A stretch of DNA of 63,463 nt, the filler included. It is 5 parts of 5 records of this genome, joined end to end, with 100 filler letters (N's around TTAATTAATTAA, not from the genome) between each part and the next. Parts side by side here need not be neighbours in the genome. Positions count along the whole stretch, not along the records: positions 36,182 to 53,116 come from SRR20825006_1722; positions 53,217 to 63,463 come from SRR20825006_1741; 3 more parts are not named here. One strand, given 5' to 3'. This document shows, piece after piece, positions 48,430 through 57,964 of this stretch. Under the pieces are notes generated by a model. That model was not told where the DNA came from. It saw only the letters and a list, made by a program, of their open reading frames with translations, and searched no databases. Positions within the stretch are counted from its first letter, which is position 1. Each line of letters opens with the position of its first letter. Made by a program: the position numbers and the translations under genes.

Positions 48430-49336
48430 CTCGTTCAGCTATTCTAAGTTTCGCGCTTCTTGCACGACTATTTCTTTCTAATTCTTCAGCATTCGCTACA
48501 ATTGGGTGGCGCACTATTTCCGTAAATGGCTTTAATACATTCCCGAAGAAATCCTTTTCAATTTCACCTGTGAGCGAACCGCGTTTCATGAAATTCTTCA
48601 CCAATCTATCTTCCAATGAATGGTATGACATTACAACTAGTCTTCCACCTGGCTTCAGCACTTTCTCGGACTGTTTCAAGAAGGATTCTAGCGCACTCAT
48701 TTCATCATTCACTTCGATTCTAATTGCTTGAAAAACTTGTGCGAAGTATTTATGCTCACGGTGTTTCGGAGCACATTTCTCAACAATTTCCAAAAACTGA
48801 CCTGTTGTTTTTATTCTTCTATTTCTTCGTTCAGAGATAATGATGTTGACCAACTTCCACGCGTTTGAAATTTCTCCGTACGCTCTTAGAATTCTGAGTA
48901 AATCATCCTGTTCGTAATCATTTACCACTTTCTCAGCCGTCAAATCACCATGCTGGTTCATTCGCATATCCAAAGCAGCTTCACCACGAATAGAGAACCC
49001 ACGGGATTCTACATCAAACTGATGAGATGAAACACCCAAATCAGCCAAGATTCCATCTACATGCTTAATTCCGAGTAAGCGCAAATGATTTGAAATGAAA
49101 GAGAAATTCGCTGGGATAAACTCGAAGTTCGGAGCTTCCCATGCGTTCTTCTTAGCATCTGGATCTTGATCAAAAACGATCAATTTACCATCCTCATTCA
49201 ACAACTTAAAAATCGCTTTTGAGTGTCCACCGCCACCAAATGTAACGTCCACATAAATGCCGTTTGGACGAATCGCAAGACCCTCCAAACATTCGTTCAA
49301 CATTACTGGAATATGATATTCTTCGTTACTCTCCAT
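48419..49336 (-). CDS. rsmH: 16S rRNA m4C1402 methyltransferase
   Basis: YHIPVM, DVTFGGGGHS, DLGVSSHQ, FQAIRIEVN, SYHSLEDR, RARSAKLR. Confidence 0.97.
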   Translation of the reverse strand: MESNEEYHIPVMLNECLEGLAIRPNGIYVDVTFGGGGHSKAIFKLLNEDGKLIVFDQDPDAKKNAWEAPNFEFIPANFSFISNHLRLLGIKHVDGILADLGVSSHQFDVESRGFSIRGEAALDMRMNQHGDLTAEKVVNDYEQDDLLRILRAYGEISNAWKLVNIIISERRNRRIKTTGQFLEIVEKCAPKHREHKYFAQVFQAIRIEVNDEMSALESFLKQSEKVLKPGGRLVVMSYHSLEDRLVKNFMKRGSLTGEIEKDFFGNVLKPFTEIVRHPIVANAEELERNSRARSAKLRIAERDGQ

Positions 49337-49784
49337 CTTCAAGACCACCCATTACTTCATTTGCCAAATCAGCAAAATCCGCCATGGAACCTTCGATCAT
49401 TTCGAAGTACTTAGCCTTGTCCCAGATTTCAATTCGATCATTGTATGCGATCAACATCACCTCTTGATTTAAACCGACACGCTCCATGTGCGCAACAGGA
49501 ATGAGTGCGCGTCCAGCATTGTCTAAACTTACTGCTTTAGCCCCTTGATGAAACAAGCGATAAAACATTCTGTTTTGCGGTTTAAAGAGATTAAGTTTTG
49601 AGAGCTTCTCACTTACTTTTTCCCATTCGTGAATTGGAAATAGCGTAAGACAATCCTCAAACCCTTTATTCAACATGAAATCTCGTTGTGCAGCAGGAGG
49701 AAGTTGCTTCCGTAATCCGGAAGGAAACATAAAACGCCCTTTCGCGTCCAATTTCACTTCAAATTCTCCTACTAAGCCTGCCAT
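49326..49784 (-). CDS. mraZ: dcw cluster regulator MraZ
   Basis: Two DxxGR motifs (DAKGR, DNAGR), RIEIW; first gene of the dcw cluster. Confidence 0.95.
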   Translation of the reverse strand: MAGLVGEFEVKLDAKGRFMFPSGLRKQLPPAAQRDFMLNKGFEDCLTLFPIHEWEKVSEKLSKLNLFKPQNRMFYRLFHQGAKAVSLDNAGRALIPVAHMERVGLNQEVMLIAYNDRIEIWDKAKYFEMIEGSMADFADLANEVMGGLEDGE

Positions 49785-49817
49785 AACGGATAATTACGGT
49801 AAAAATAATTTAATTAT

Positions 49818-49842
49818 ACCACTTTTTACCACTTCATTTCAC
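49818..49842 (-). promoter_or_regulatory. MraZ-binding direct repeats (10-bp period)
   Basis: Minus strand GTGAA-N5-GTGGT-N5-GTGGT just upstream of mraZ. Confidence 0.7.
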
Positions 49843-49955
49843 ATTGTTGATAAGTATGAACGCTCAAAACGAAAAAAGGTTACACCTCAAACGCTCAATA
49901 GTCACAAATATAGCGGAAATAGCAATAGTGGTATAAAGTGGTAAGAAATTTTCCA

Positions 49956-49964
49956 TGTGAATAA
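49956..49964 (-). promoter_or_regulatory. DnaA-box consensus upstream of mraZ
   Basis: TTATTCACA fits TTWTNCACA; a one-mismatch box TTATCAACA lies at 49845-49853 in the same orientation. Confidence 0.45.
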
Positions 49965-50008
49965 CTAAACTTCAACTTTGGTAGAAATAATTGAGTTAAC
50001 TTTACCGT

Positions 50009-50935
50009 ATGCTTCAAAAAAATCTTAGCTGGATTATCCTCTTTTTTCTTGCAGGAATCTGGGGAAGTTCATTTATCCTAATGAAAAAATCCATGTTCAC
50101 CACTGATGGCGAAGCGATCTTTTCGGACTCCCAAGTTGGAGCATTAAGAATGGTTTTGGCCGGCGGGGTTCTACTTCCAGTTGCACTGCGAACAATCAAA
50201 AAAATAACTGACTGGAAGATCTTTTTAAGACTTGGGATTGTTGGACTTTGCGGTAATTTCATTCCAGCGTTTCTCTTTACTTTTGCCGAAACGGGAATAT
50301 CCTCAGGATTTGCAGGAATGCTAAATAGCTGCACTCCGATTTTCGCATTAATGATAGGATTCATCGTTTTTAAAGAGCGTCTCACGAAAATTCAGCTTCT
50401 CGGGACAGCAATAGGAACAATTGGCGTGATTCTATTAGTTATCGCTGGGAAGAGCTTTTCCTTAACTGGAGAATGGATTCACATTTTCGCGATTATTTTC
50501 GCGACACTTTGTTACGGAATTAGCTTAAACACCATTCGTTATACACTTTCGCATTTAAAAAGCTACGAAATCGCGTCATTGGCTTTTTTAATCATTCTTG
50601 GTCCAAGCATAGTAATCGCGTTGCAACAAGGTTCATTAACGACAATAATGGAAAACCCACATGCTCCAGAAGGACTCGTTTACCTTACAATTTTAAGTGT
50701 TATTGGAACCGCTCTAGCATTGATCTTATTTAACCGACTCGTAGCTCTATCGTCTGTACTTTTCGCGAGTAGCGTAACTTACCTGATTCCAATTGTAGCG
50801 GTAATCATCGGATTATCCTTCGGAGAGCGTATTAATTCGTATCAAATCGGAGCAATGTTTATTGTTATTTTCGGCATCTTCACCGCTAACGTAATTGGTA
50901 GAAAGAAAATTAATTCCCGAATAATTCCGAAATAG
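50009..50935 (+). CDS. EamA/DMT-family transporter
   Basis: Ten predicted TMs; IWGSSF, AGMLNSCTPIF, SSVTYLIPIVA, GE. Confidence 0.92.
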   Translation: MLQKNLSWIILFFLAGIWGSSFILMKKSMFTTDGEAIFSDSQVGALRMVLAGGVLLPVALRTIKKITDWKIFLRLGIVGLCGNFIPAFLFTFAETGISSGFAGMLNSCTPIFALMIGFIVFKERLTKIQLLGTAIGTIGVILLVIAGKSFSLTGEWIHIFAIIFATLCYGISLNTIRYTLSHLKSYEIASLAFLIILGPSIVIALQQGSLTTIMENPHAPEGLVYLTILSVIGTALALILFNRLVALSSVLFASSVTYLIPIVAVIIGLSFGERINSYQIGAMFIVIFGIFTANVIGRKKINSRIIPK

Positions 50936-51863
50936 ACTTCCCATCGGAAGTTGGAATGTTAAAATTCATCAACTGAGCGATCGTCGACGCGATGTCTCTT
51001 TGATCATACGCCGTTGAAACAATTCTTCCTGGAACAAAATCAGGCCCCATTGCCAAAAGACTAATCTTTCTGCAGCCAGCACATCCATCACCATGAGATT
51101 TAAAACCATCCGAAACGCCATTCAAATGCCTTCCATGATCATTCGTTATAAAAATCGCTGTTCTGTCTTTATAATAAGGATCTGAATTTAAGAAATCTAC
51201 AAGGACCCCCACAAGACTATCCGAAGATTTAATACCGTTCAAGTAATCATTCCAAACACCTGTATGACCAGCATAATCAGGATTTCTAAAATTAATCAGA
51301 ACCATTTGCGGATGATTCGTCTTCAAACGTTGAATTGTTGCGCTTGTCGTTAACTCATCTGGCCGATACCCACTTCCTACTCCAAAACCACCATTCCCGC
51401 AATCCGTCGAAGGCTGATAATTATCTTTCCATCCTGCAAATTCACAATTCGCAAGCACTTCTAATTTATCTTTACTTGCAATCACCCACGCATCGGATGG
51501 CGATTTTTTATGTCTCTTCATCCAATATTGGAATATGGATGGATAATATGGAATTTCTAGTCCGCTATTATCAATGGACTCATACACGCCTGTGCAAACC
51601 GCAGTGTGGCCTGGAGTTGTTTTTGTTTCGCCCAAATTTGAAAAATTATCAAAAAAGACCCCATTCGGAAGCATTTGATTTTGATAAGGAATATATTGTC
51701 GAGATGTATCGCCCCACGTTTCTGAATACCGAGGTCCATCAACAACAATCACAATAACATTTCTTGTTTTATACCCGCGTGGAATTCTACCAGAACTGCA
51801 TGAATTACTAGTAAGAATAAGCGCACAACCAGCTAAGAAAATTAAATTTTTCATAGTTTTCAA
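50910..51863 (-). CDS. Exported alkaline phosphatase-superfamily enzyme
   Basis: VVDGPR, KTTPGH (Thr nucleophile), DYAGH, TNDHG metal ligands; signal peptide with possible lipobox Cys. Confidence 0.82.
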   Translation of the reverse strand: MKTMKNLIFLAGCALILTSNSCSSGRIPRGYKTRNVIVIVVDGPRYSETWGDTSRQYIPYQNQMLPNGVFFDNFSNLGETKTTPGHTAVCTGVYESIDNSGLEIPYYPSIFQYWMKRHKKSPSDAWVIASKDKLEVLANCEFAGWKDNYQPSTDCGNGGFGVGSGYRPDELTTSATIQRLKTNHPQMVLINFRNPDYAGHTGVWNDYLNGIKSSDSLVGVLVDFLNSDPYYKDRTAIFITNDHGRHLNGVSDGFKSHGDGCAGCRKISLLAMGPDFVPGRIVSTAYDQRDIASTIAQLMNFNIPTSDGKSISELFGN

Positions 51864-51975
51864 TTTTGAAACATTACGAATGCCTCCAATTTATCACGAC
51901 ATGAAAAGTAAGTCAAAATTTCGTTAAAACATAGAAAACGAATTGAGATTCAAGGAGATTGCTAATTTAGCATCT

Positions 51976-52950
51976 ATGAACAAACCCCTACTACTCATGC
52001 TTTTTTTAGCTGTAACTATCTATGGCTGCAATTTAGATAACTCTAAGCAACATTCGCCAACACACATGCCGCAACAGCAACCTAGAAACTCGTCTTCTAC
52101 ACAACCGAGTCAACAAACAATCAACAATGACCTTCCTATCGAATTTCTCAAAGGCTATAAATTCATCGCTAACAAATCGCTCATTATTTCTGCCAAAGAA
52201 TTTCTCAATAGAATTGAATTTTCCATTCACGTTGATCTTGGTGACACCGTTCGGATTCCAAAAGTTTACAACTCGGGATTTAAGGAGTATGAAGACGCAG
52301 ATCACATCGAAGTAACACTAAAAGGCTTGACTAAAGAATCCAAACTTTTTTCATCTAGAAAGGACAAAGAATCACTCTCGCATGGAAGCGCCACATTTTC
52401 AATCACGATGGATGAAGACGACTTTCACTCCCTCAAAATGGGGAAAGACACGCTTCTCTTCGAAGTCAACTTTAAATTCTTGTCTTTTTTTGGTAAATAT
52501 TCCAATGAAAAAATTCCCGTTTCAGCCGTCATCAAAGTTCCGTTTGAGATTTCCTCCATTTACGAATCCCGCGCTTATTTCAAGTCACTCAAGTTAAACA
52601 AACCGAAAACGCTCAAGAAGCTCGGCGGTGAGGACAACGATTTTGGAGACGGAACGCCAGAGGCATGCATTTTTATCTCATCGAATAACAAAACAATTAT
52701 TTATCAAAAATCTAAAAACAGTTACTTCGTTAATCATTCACGATCGGAAACCTTCTTTCATTCTGAGCCAAACCCATACATAAACATTGGTGCTTACGAT
52801 GCTGATTATGGACTTAACTTCGACGATTTGCTTGGCGACACCTTGCTTCAATTGGACAAACTCACTTTTCCCACCTATCAAAATGTGTTAGTTGATTGCG
52901 CGGACGAGCTCAAAGTCTACTTCACAACGAAAGGTCAAATTAACCAGTAA
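51976..52950 (+). CDS. Hypothetical lipoprotein with a C-terminal C2-like domain
   Basis: ATG 51976, lipobox IYG-C, Q/S/P linker, INIGAYDADYGLNFDDLLG. Confidence 0.7.
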   Translation: MNKPLLLMLFLAVTIYGCNLDNSKQHSPTHMPQQQPRNSSSTQPSQQTINNDLPIEFLKGYKFIANKSLIISAKEFLNRIEFSIHVDLGDTVRIPKVYNSGFKEYEDADHIEVTLKGLTKESKLFSSRKDKESLSHGSATFSITMDEDDFHSLKMGKDTLLFEVNFKFLSFFGKYSNEKIPVSAVIKVPFEISSIYESRAYFKSLKLNKPKTLKKLGGEDNDFGDGTPEACIFISSNNKTIIYQKSKNSYFVNHSRSETFFHSEPNPYINIGAYDADYGLNFDDLLGDTLLQLDKLTFPTYQNVLVDCADELKVYFTTKGQINQ

Positions 52951-53038
52951 ATACCCTTTCAAAATCCCAATAAAATGACAAAATCGCTTAATTTTATAAA
53001 ACTAACCCATTCACTATTGCAATCTTAAATTAAAAACA

Positions 53039-53046
53039 TATCTTTG
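53039..53046 (+). promoter_or_regulatory. Bacteroidota -7 promoter element for rplU
   Basis: TATCTTTG matches TAnnTTTG. Confidence 0.6.
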
Positions 53047-53087
53047 TCGTCCGATTTTAGGAAAGTAAAAATAAATAATACGCTATT

Positions 53088-53116
53088 ATGTACGCAATTG
53101 TAGAGATAGCAGGGCA
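53088..53116 (+). CDS. rplU: 50S ribosomal protein L21, first codons only (not in ORF track)
   Basis: MYAIVEIAG(Q), the characteristic L21 N-terminus; truncated by the contig end. Confidence 0.85.
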
Positions 53117-53216
53117 NNNNNNNNNNNNNNNNNNNNNNNNNNNNNNNNNNNNNNNNNNNNTTAATTAATTAANNNNNNNNNNNNNNNNNNNNNNNNNNNN
53201 NNNNNNNNNNNNNNNN
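53117..53216. other. Artificial contig spacer
   Basis: N44-TTAATTAATTAA-N44. Confidence 0.99.
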
Positions 53217-53240
53217 ATTATTGAATAAAAGAATTGAATT

Positions 53241-54185
53241 ATGTCTTATAAAGAATTAATAGTTGTTGGAGAGCTCAATGTTGATTTAATATTAAATAAC
53301 ATTGAAGGTTTTCCAAAAATAGGAACAGAAATTATAGCTAATAATATGAATCTCACACTTGGGAGTTCATCGGCTATTATGGCTGCAAATGCAGCTGCAA
53401 TGGGAATTTCAACTTCTTTTTGCGGCGTAGTTGGGAACGATAACTATGGAGATTTTATTACCTCGGAATTAAAAAAGAAAAACGTACATACGGAATTCAT
53501 CACAAAAAATAGTGCCTTACAATCTGGAATCACTATTGTAATGAATTACGATCAAGATAGAGCAAATGTAACCTATTGCGGAGCTATGGAAGCATTAACT
53601 TTTGATTTAATTCCATGGGACACATTGTCAGAATTCAAACATTTTCATTTATCCAATTTTTTTATTCAGAAAGGTATCCGAAAAGACATTACCAAAATCT
53701 TTAAAAAAGCAAAAGAATGTGGGTTAACAACTTCTCTTGACCTGCAATGGGATCCAGAAAATAAATGGGATTTTAATTTTGAAGCATGCCTCCCTTATGT
53801 TGATATTTTTATGCCGAATGAGCAGGAATTATTGGCTCTAACAAAACAAGAAACACTGGATACTGCAATACAACATATTGAGAAAAGTGCAAATATTATT
53901 GTAGTCAAGATGGGAGAAAAAGGCAGTATTGCTATTCAAAATAAAAAAAGAACTACTACCGAAGCTTTTCATAATCCTACCTATGTGGATTCTATTGGAG
54001 CTGGAGACTCTTTCAATAGTGGTTTTATAAAAAAATTCATTGAAAAAGCACCCTTGGCAGAATGTCTTCGTGCAGGAAATTTAATGGGCGCTTTAAATAC
54101 AACTGCTGCTGGAGGAACAGCTGCCTTTGTCAATCAAAATATCATCAAAGAAAAAGTAAAAACAATATTTAATTCTGAATTATAA
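53241..54185 (+). CDS. PfkB-family carbohydrate kinase
   Basis: VVGELNVDL, GVVGNDNYG, PNEQE, VKMGEKG, DSIGAGDSF. Confidence 0.93.
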   Translation: MSYKELIVVGELNVDLILNNIEGFPKIGTEIIANNMNLTLGSSSAIMAANAAAMGISTSFCGVVGNDNYGDFITSELKKKNVHTEFITKNSALQSGITIVMNYDQDRANVTYCGAMEALTFDLIPWDTLSEFKHFHLSNFFIQKGIRKDITKIFKKAKECGLTTSLDLQWDPENKWDFNFEACLPYVDIFMPNEQELLALTKQETLDTAIQHIEKSANIIVVKMGEKGSIAIQNKKRTTTEAFHNPTYVDSIGAGDSFNSGFIKKFIEKAPLAECLRAGNLMGALNTTAAGGTAAFVNQNIIKEKVKTIFNSEL

Positions 54186-54190
54186 AAGTC

Positions 54191-55009
54191 ATGTTATTAA
54201 AAGAAAAATTAGCCGTATTTACCAGTCAACATAGAGGATTGCTCGCTACAAACTTCTATAACTTAGAAACCTTACACGGGGTTTTAAAAGCAGCATCAGA
54301 ATTAAAAGAACCTATAATTTTACAATTGACCAAAAGTTCCATAGACTATATGGGGCTGGACACTGCTGTAAAACTCGGAAGAGCAGGTTTAGAACAGTTT
54401 GGTGTTGAAGGATGGATTCACTTAGACCACGGAGGTTCTGTAGAATTAGTACAACAATGCCTTGATGCTGGCTTTGATTCTGTTATGATTGACGGAAGTG
54501 AACTCCCTTTTGAAGACAATATAAAAATGACTCAAGAGGTAGTAAAGCGTGCTAAAAAATACAATGCACATGTAGAAGCAGAATTGGGTTATGTAGCAAA
54601 ATTAGGTCAATCTCATGGTACACAGGGTTTTACACAACCAAGTGAAGCTAAAGAATTTGTAGACGCTACTGGCGTTGATGCTTTAGCAATTGCCATTGGT
54701 ACAGCCCATGGATTCTATAAAGAAGAGCCTAATTTAGATATTGAACTTTTAAAAAGCATTAAAGAAGTTACCAATGCAACCTTAGTACTACATGGAAGTT
54801 CTGGAGTTCCTCACAACCAGGTGCAAAAAGCTATTAGCAACGGTATTTGCAAAGTGAATTTAGCTACAGAAATTAAAAATATCTTTATGAAAACGCTTCA
54901 AAAGGAGCTTACTAATAATGAAGAAATCGACTTAAGAAAAGTTTTCCCTAAGGCTACCAATCAAGTTACCGACTTGGTGAAAACTAAATTAGAAATGATA
55001 AAAAACTAA
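54191..55009 (+). CDS. Class II ketose-bisphosphate aldolase
   Basis: HLDHG, SVMIDGS, VEAELG, IGTAHG, LVLHGSSG, KVNLAT. Confidence 0.93.
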   Translation: MLLKEKLAVFTSQHRGLLATNFYNLETLHGVLKAASELKEPIILQLTKSSIDYMGLDTAVKLGRAGLEQFGVEGWIHLDHGGSVELVQQCLDAGFDSVMIDGSELPFEDNIKMTQEVVKRAKKYNAHVEAELGYVAKLGQSHGTQGFTQPSEAKEFVDATGVDALAIAIGTAHGFYKEEPNLDIELLKSIKEVTNATLVLHGSSGVPHNQVQKAISNGICKVNLATEIKNIFMKTLQKELTNNEEIDLRKVFPKATNQVTDLVKTKLEMIKN

Positions 55010-55013
55010 AACT

Positions 55014-56000
55014 ATGCTAAACCCATTCATTGATGCACATGTCCATTTAAATACACGCTCCGAAGCAAAAATGAAGTTAGCTAAAAAATATAATGCTTCA
55101 TTTTTATCGATTAATACCAATATTCCGTTTTTTGATTCTTTAGAGGAACAACAACAGGTGATTCACGATTTAGAAGAAAAATATCCAAATACAAGTAAAT
55201 TCATTACTAGTTTTGATACTAAATTTTGGAATACAGACAAATGGCTTCCGCATGCTTTAAACCAAATAAAAACAGGAATGGCAAATGGCGCTGTTGGTGT
55301 TAAAATTTGGAAAAACATAGGAATGGATCCTGAAGTAAAAGATAAAAATGGAAACTTTGTTTTGTTAGATGATGCTCGCTTCGACCCTATTTATCAATAC
55401 TTAGTAGCTAATGATATCTTACTTATTGGACACCAAGGGGAACCTAAAAACTGCTGGCTTCCGTTAGAAAAAATGACAGTGGATTCTGATAGAAATTATT
55501 TTGCTGAACATCCAGAATATCATATGTTTTTACTTCCTGAATATCCATCATATGAAAAGCAAATGGAGGCTCGTGATAATGTGCTAAAAAAATTCCCTCA
55601 ACTAAAATATGTTGGGCTTCATTTGTTTAGCATGGAATGGAGCATAGATGAAGTAGCAAAAAGGTTAGACACCTATCCAAATACAATGACCGATTTAGCG
55701 GAGCGTATTTGCCATGTCCAATTACAAGCAAAAGAAGACCTTGAAAAGGTAAAAGAGTTTTTTATTAAATATCAAGATCGAATTATTTACGGAACTGATG
55801 TTATTGACGATGGAAGCATGAATGATGAACAACTTACCCAAAAATTTGAAACACTTTGGAATAATCATTGGGACTTTTTTGCAACTGACAAAACATTAAG
55901 TGCTCCAGAGTTTAAAGGAACTTTTGAAGGCTTAAATTTACCTGAAAACGTTCTTCAAAAAATATTTAGAGATAATGCTATAAAAACTTACGGCTTTTAA
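55014..56000 (+). CDS. Amidohydrolase-superfamily protein
   Basis: IDAHVH, GVKIWK, HQGEP, GLH, IIYGTD. Confidence 0.88.
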   Translation: MLNPFIDAHVHLNTRSEAKMKLAKKYNASFLSINTNIPFFDSLEEQQQVIHDLEEKYPNTSKFITSFDTKFWNTDKWLPHALNQIKTGMANGAVGVKIWKNIGMDPEVKDKNGNFVLLDDARFDPIYQYLVANDILLIGHQGEPKNCWLPLEKMTVDSDRNYFAEHPEYHMFLLPEYPSYEKQMEARDNVLKKFPQLKYVGLHLFSMEWSIDEVAKRLDTYPNTMTDLAERICHVQLQAKEDLEKVKEFFIKYQDRIIYGTDVIDDGSMNDEQLTQKFETLWNNHWDFFATDKTLSAPEFKGTFEGLNLPENVLQKIFRDNAIKTYGF

Positions 56001-56003
56001 ATA

Positions 56004-56142
56004 AAAAAGTGGCTATCTAGAAAGAATCTAAACTCTAAATGTTATCCTGAGCTTGTCAAAGGATTCTTTTATGAGTTGGTTGTTTAAACTTCGATAAGCT
56101 CAGTTTGACAACTACCAATTACTTTTTAGATAGCCACTTTTT
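56004..56142. repeat. Nested inverted-repeat element (MITE/REP-like)
   Basis: Outer 21-bp IR with one mismatch (56004-56024 / 56122-56142) and inner 22-bp imperfect IR (56040-56061 / 56089-56110). Confidence 0.75.
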
Positions 56143-56155
56143 ATAGTTTTAACAG

Positions 56156-57964
56156 TTAATCTTGCCTTACATTTCCTATTATTTGCTCCTCCTCTGTTTT
56201 GTAATTAGACAGGTTAATAGCCGTTTCTATTAAAGCTAAATGAGAATAAGCCTGTGGGAAGTTCCCTAACAATCTCTTAGTTTCAAAATCTATATCTTCA
56301 CTAAATAAACCTAAATGATTGCTATAAGACAGTAATTGTTCAAATAGTTTTACTGCTTTTTCGTGCTCTCCTATTTTATTTAATGCATTAATAAACCAAA
56401 ACGTACAGATTGTAAAAGATGACGAAGGCAATCCAAAATCGTCTTGATTTTTATATCTATAGAGCAAGCCATCGTTGCTAAGTTCTTTTTCTATTGCTTT
56501 TACAGTTCCTACATATCTTGGATCATTTGCATTAATAAAACCATAAGGCTCCATTAATAAAACAGAAGCATCTAAATCTTTAGACCCATAAAACTGAGTA
56601 AAGGCTTGTACTTCTTCATTCCAAGCATTGTTATGGATATCATTTTTTATTTCTTGTTCTAAAACGCTCCATTTCTCAATTTTGCGGGTTTTATTTAACA
56701 TTTTAGCTACCCTTAAAGCTCTATCTACTGCTACCCAGCATAATACTTTAGAAAAGGTAAAATGCTTTTCTTCAGTTCGAAATTCCCAAATCCCCTTATC
56801 TGTTTCTTTCCAGTGTTTGTTTACAACCCAAACAATCCCTTTAGTAATAGTCCAAAGGTCTTCACTATTTTCAATTTGAGTACTAAACTTCATAAACTGC
56901 TCATAAATAACATCCATTAAAATTCCATAGATATCATTCTGACGTTGCTCATACGCAGCATTTCCAATTCTAACGGGTTTAGAGCCTTTATAACCACTTA
57001 AATGATCGAGAGTTTCTTCGGTTAACCTTTTCTCCTTATTAATTCCGTACATAATCTGAAGTTTCTCATCTTTATCTGGAATTAAATCGATAATAAACTG
57101 AAGAAAACGTTTGGCCATATTTTTATGTCCGAGTTCAGAAACTACTTTTATAACCATTGAAGCATCTCTAATCCAACAGAACCTATAATCCCAATTTCTA
57201 ACTTCTCCAATAGTTTCTGGAAGTGAAGTTGTAGCAGCAGCCAAAACAGCTCCGGATTTATCATAGCTCAACATTTTCAGTGTCAAAGCACTTCTCAGAA
57301 TTTCTTTATTGTATTTTTTATAGGTTGGAGTTCTCTCAGACCAATTTAACCAATATACTTTAGTTCTAGATAATTCTAAAAAAGCCTTATTTACAGTTGG
57401 TACAAATATTTTCTCATTGTATCCTACCAAGAAATACCCATCTCCATTAATTGAGATTTCCTCTCCTGTTACTACTTTATCTTTGTCGTAACTAGTATAT
57501 AGAAAAAGGGTATCAAATTTTTCTTTATCGGTTAAACTAACAATAAAATCATCTTTTACATAGGTATTTGTTACCCCTAAAGCATACTCTAACTTCGGAT
57601 TATAATCAACCCTCATTTTTGGGTTTCCACTAATGTGTTCTATATAGCGAATTACATCTGGAGGGGAATTATATCCCCCATCTTCTTCGTAATATCTAGG
57701 CATAAAATCCCATACCGAAAAAGCATCCTCTCCATTAGAAAAACGTGTTACTAAAACACTTGTATTTTTATAATATTCCTGAGAAATAGTATATGAATTG
57801 TCTACCTTAAAACCAAAACTCCCTCCTATTTCTTCATCTAAAAGTTTAGCGAATACAGAAGAAGAATCAAATTCGGGCAAACAGCACCAATCGATGTATC
57901 CCGTTTTAGAAATTAATGCAGCGCTTCTGCAATTTCCTATGATTCCGTATTCTAAATTATTCAT
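56156..57964 (-). CDS. Glycoside hydrolase family 15 (trehalase/glucoamylase-like)
   Basis: IIGNCRSAAL, AAATTSLPE, NWDYRFCWIRD, GIWE, LFSED, GNFPQAYSH. Confidence 0.93.
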   Translation of the reverse strand: MNNLEYGIIGNCRSAALISKTGYIDWCCLPEFDSSSVFAKLLDEEIGGSFGFKVDNSYTISQEYYKNTSVLVTRFSNGEDAFSVWDFMPRYYEEDGGYNSPPDVIRYIEHISGNPKMRVDYNPKLEYALGVTNTYVKDDFIVSLTDKEKFDTLFLYTSYDKDKVVTGEEISINGDGYFLVGYNEKIFVPTVNKAFLELSRTKVYWLNWSERTPTYKKYNKEILRSALTLKMLSYDKSGAVLAAATTSLPETIGEVRNWDYRFCWIRDASMVIKVVSELGHKNMAKRFLQFIIDLIPDKDEKLQIMYGINKEKRLTEETLDHLSGYKGSKPVRIGNAAYEQRQNDIYGILMDVIYEQFMKFSTQIENSEDLWTITKGIVWVVNKHWKETDKGIWEFRTEEKHFTFSKVLCWVAVDRALRVAKMLNKTRKIEKWSVLEQEIKNDIHNNAWNEEVQAFTQFYGSKDLDASVLLMEPYGFINANDPRYVGTVKAIEKELSNDGLLYRYKNQDDFGLPSSSFTICTFWFINALNKIGEHEKAVKLFEQLLSYSNHLGLFSEDIDFETKRLLGNFPQAYSHLALIETAINLSNYKTEEEQIIGNVRQD

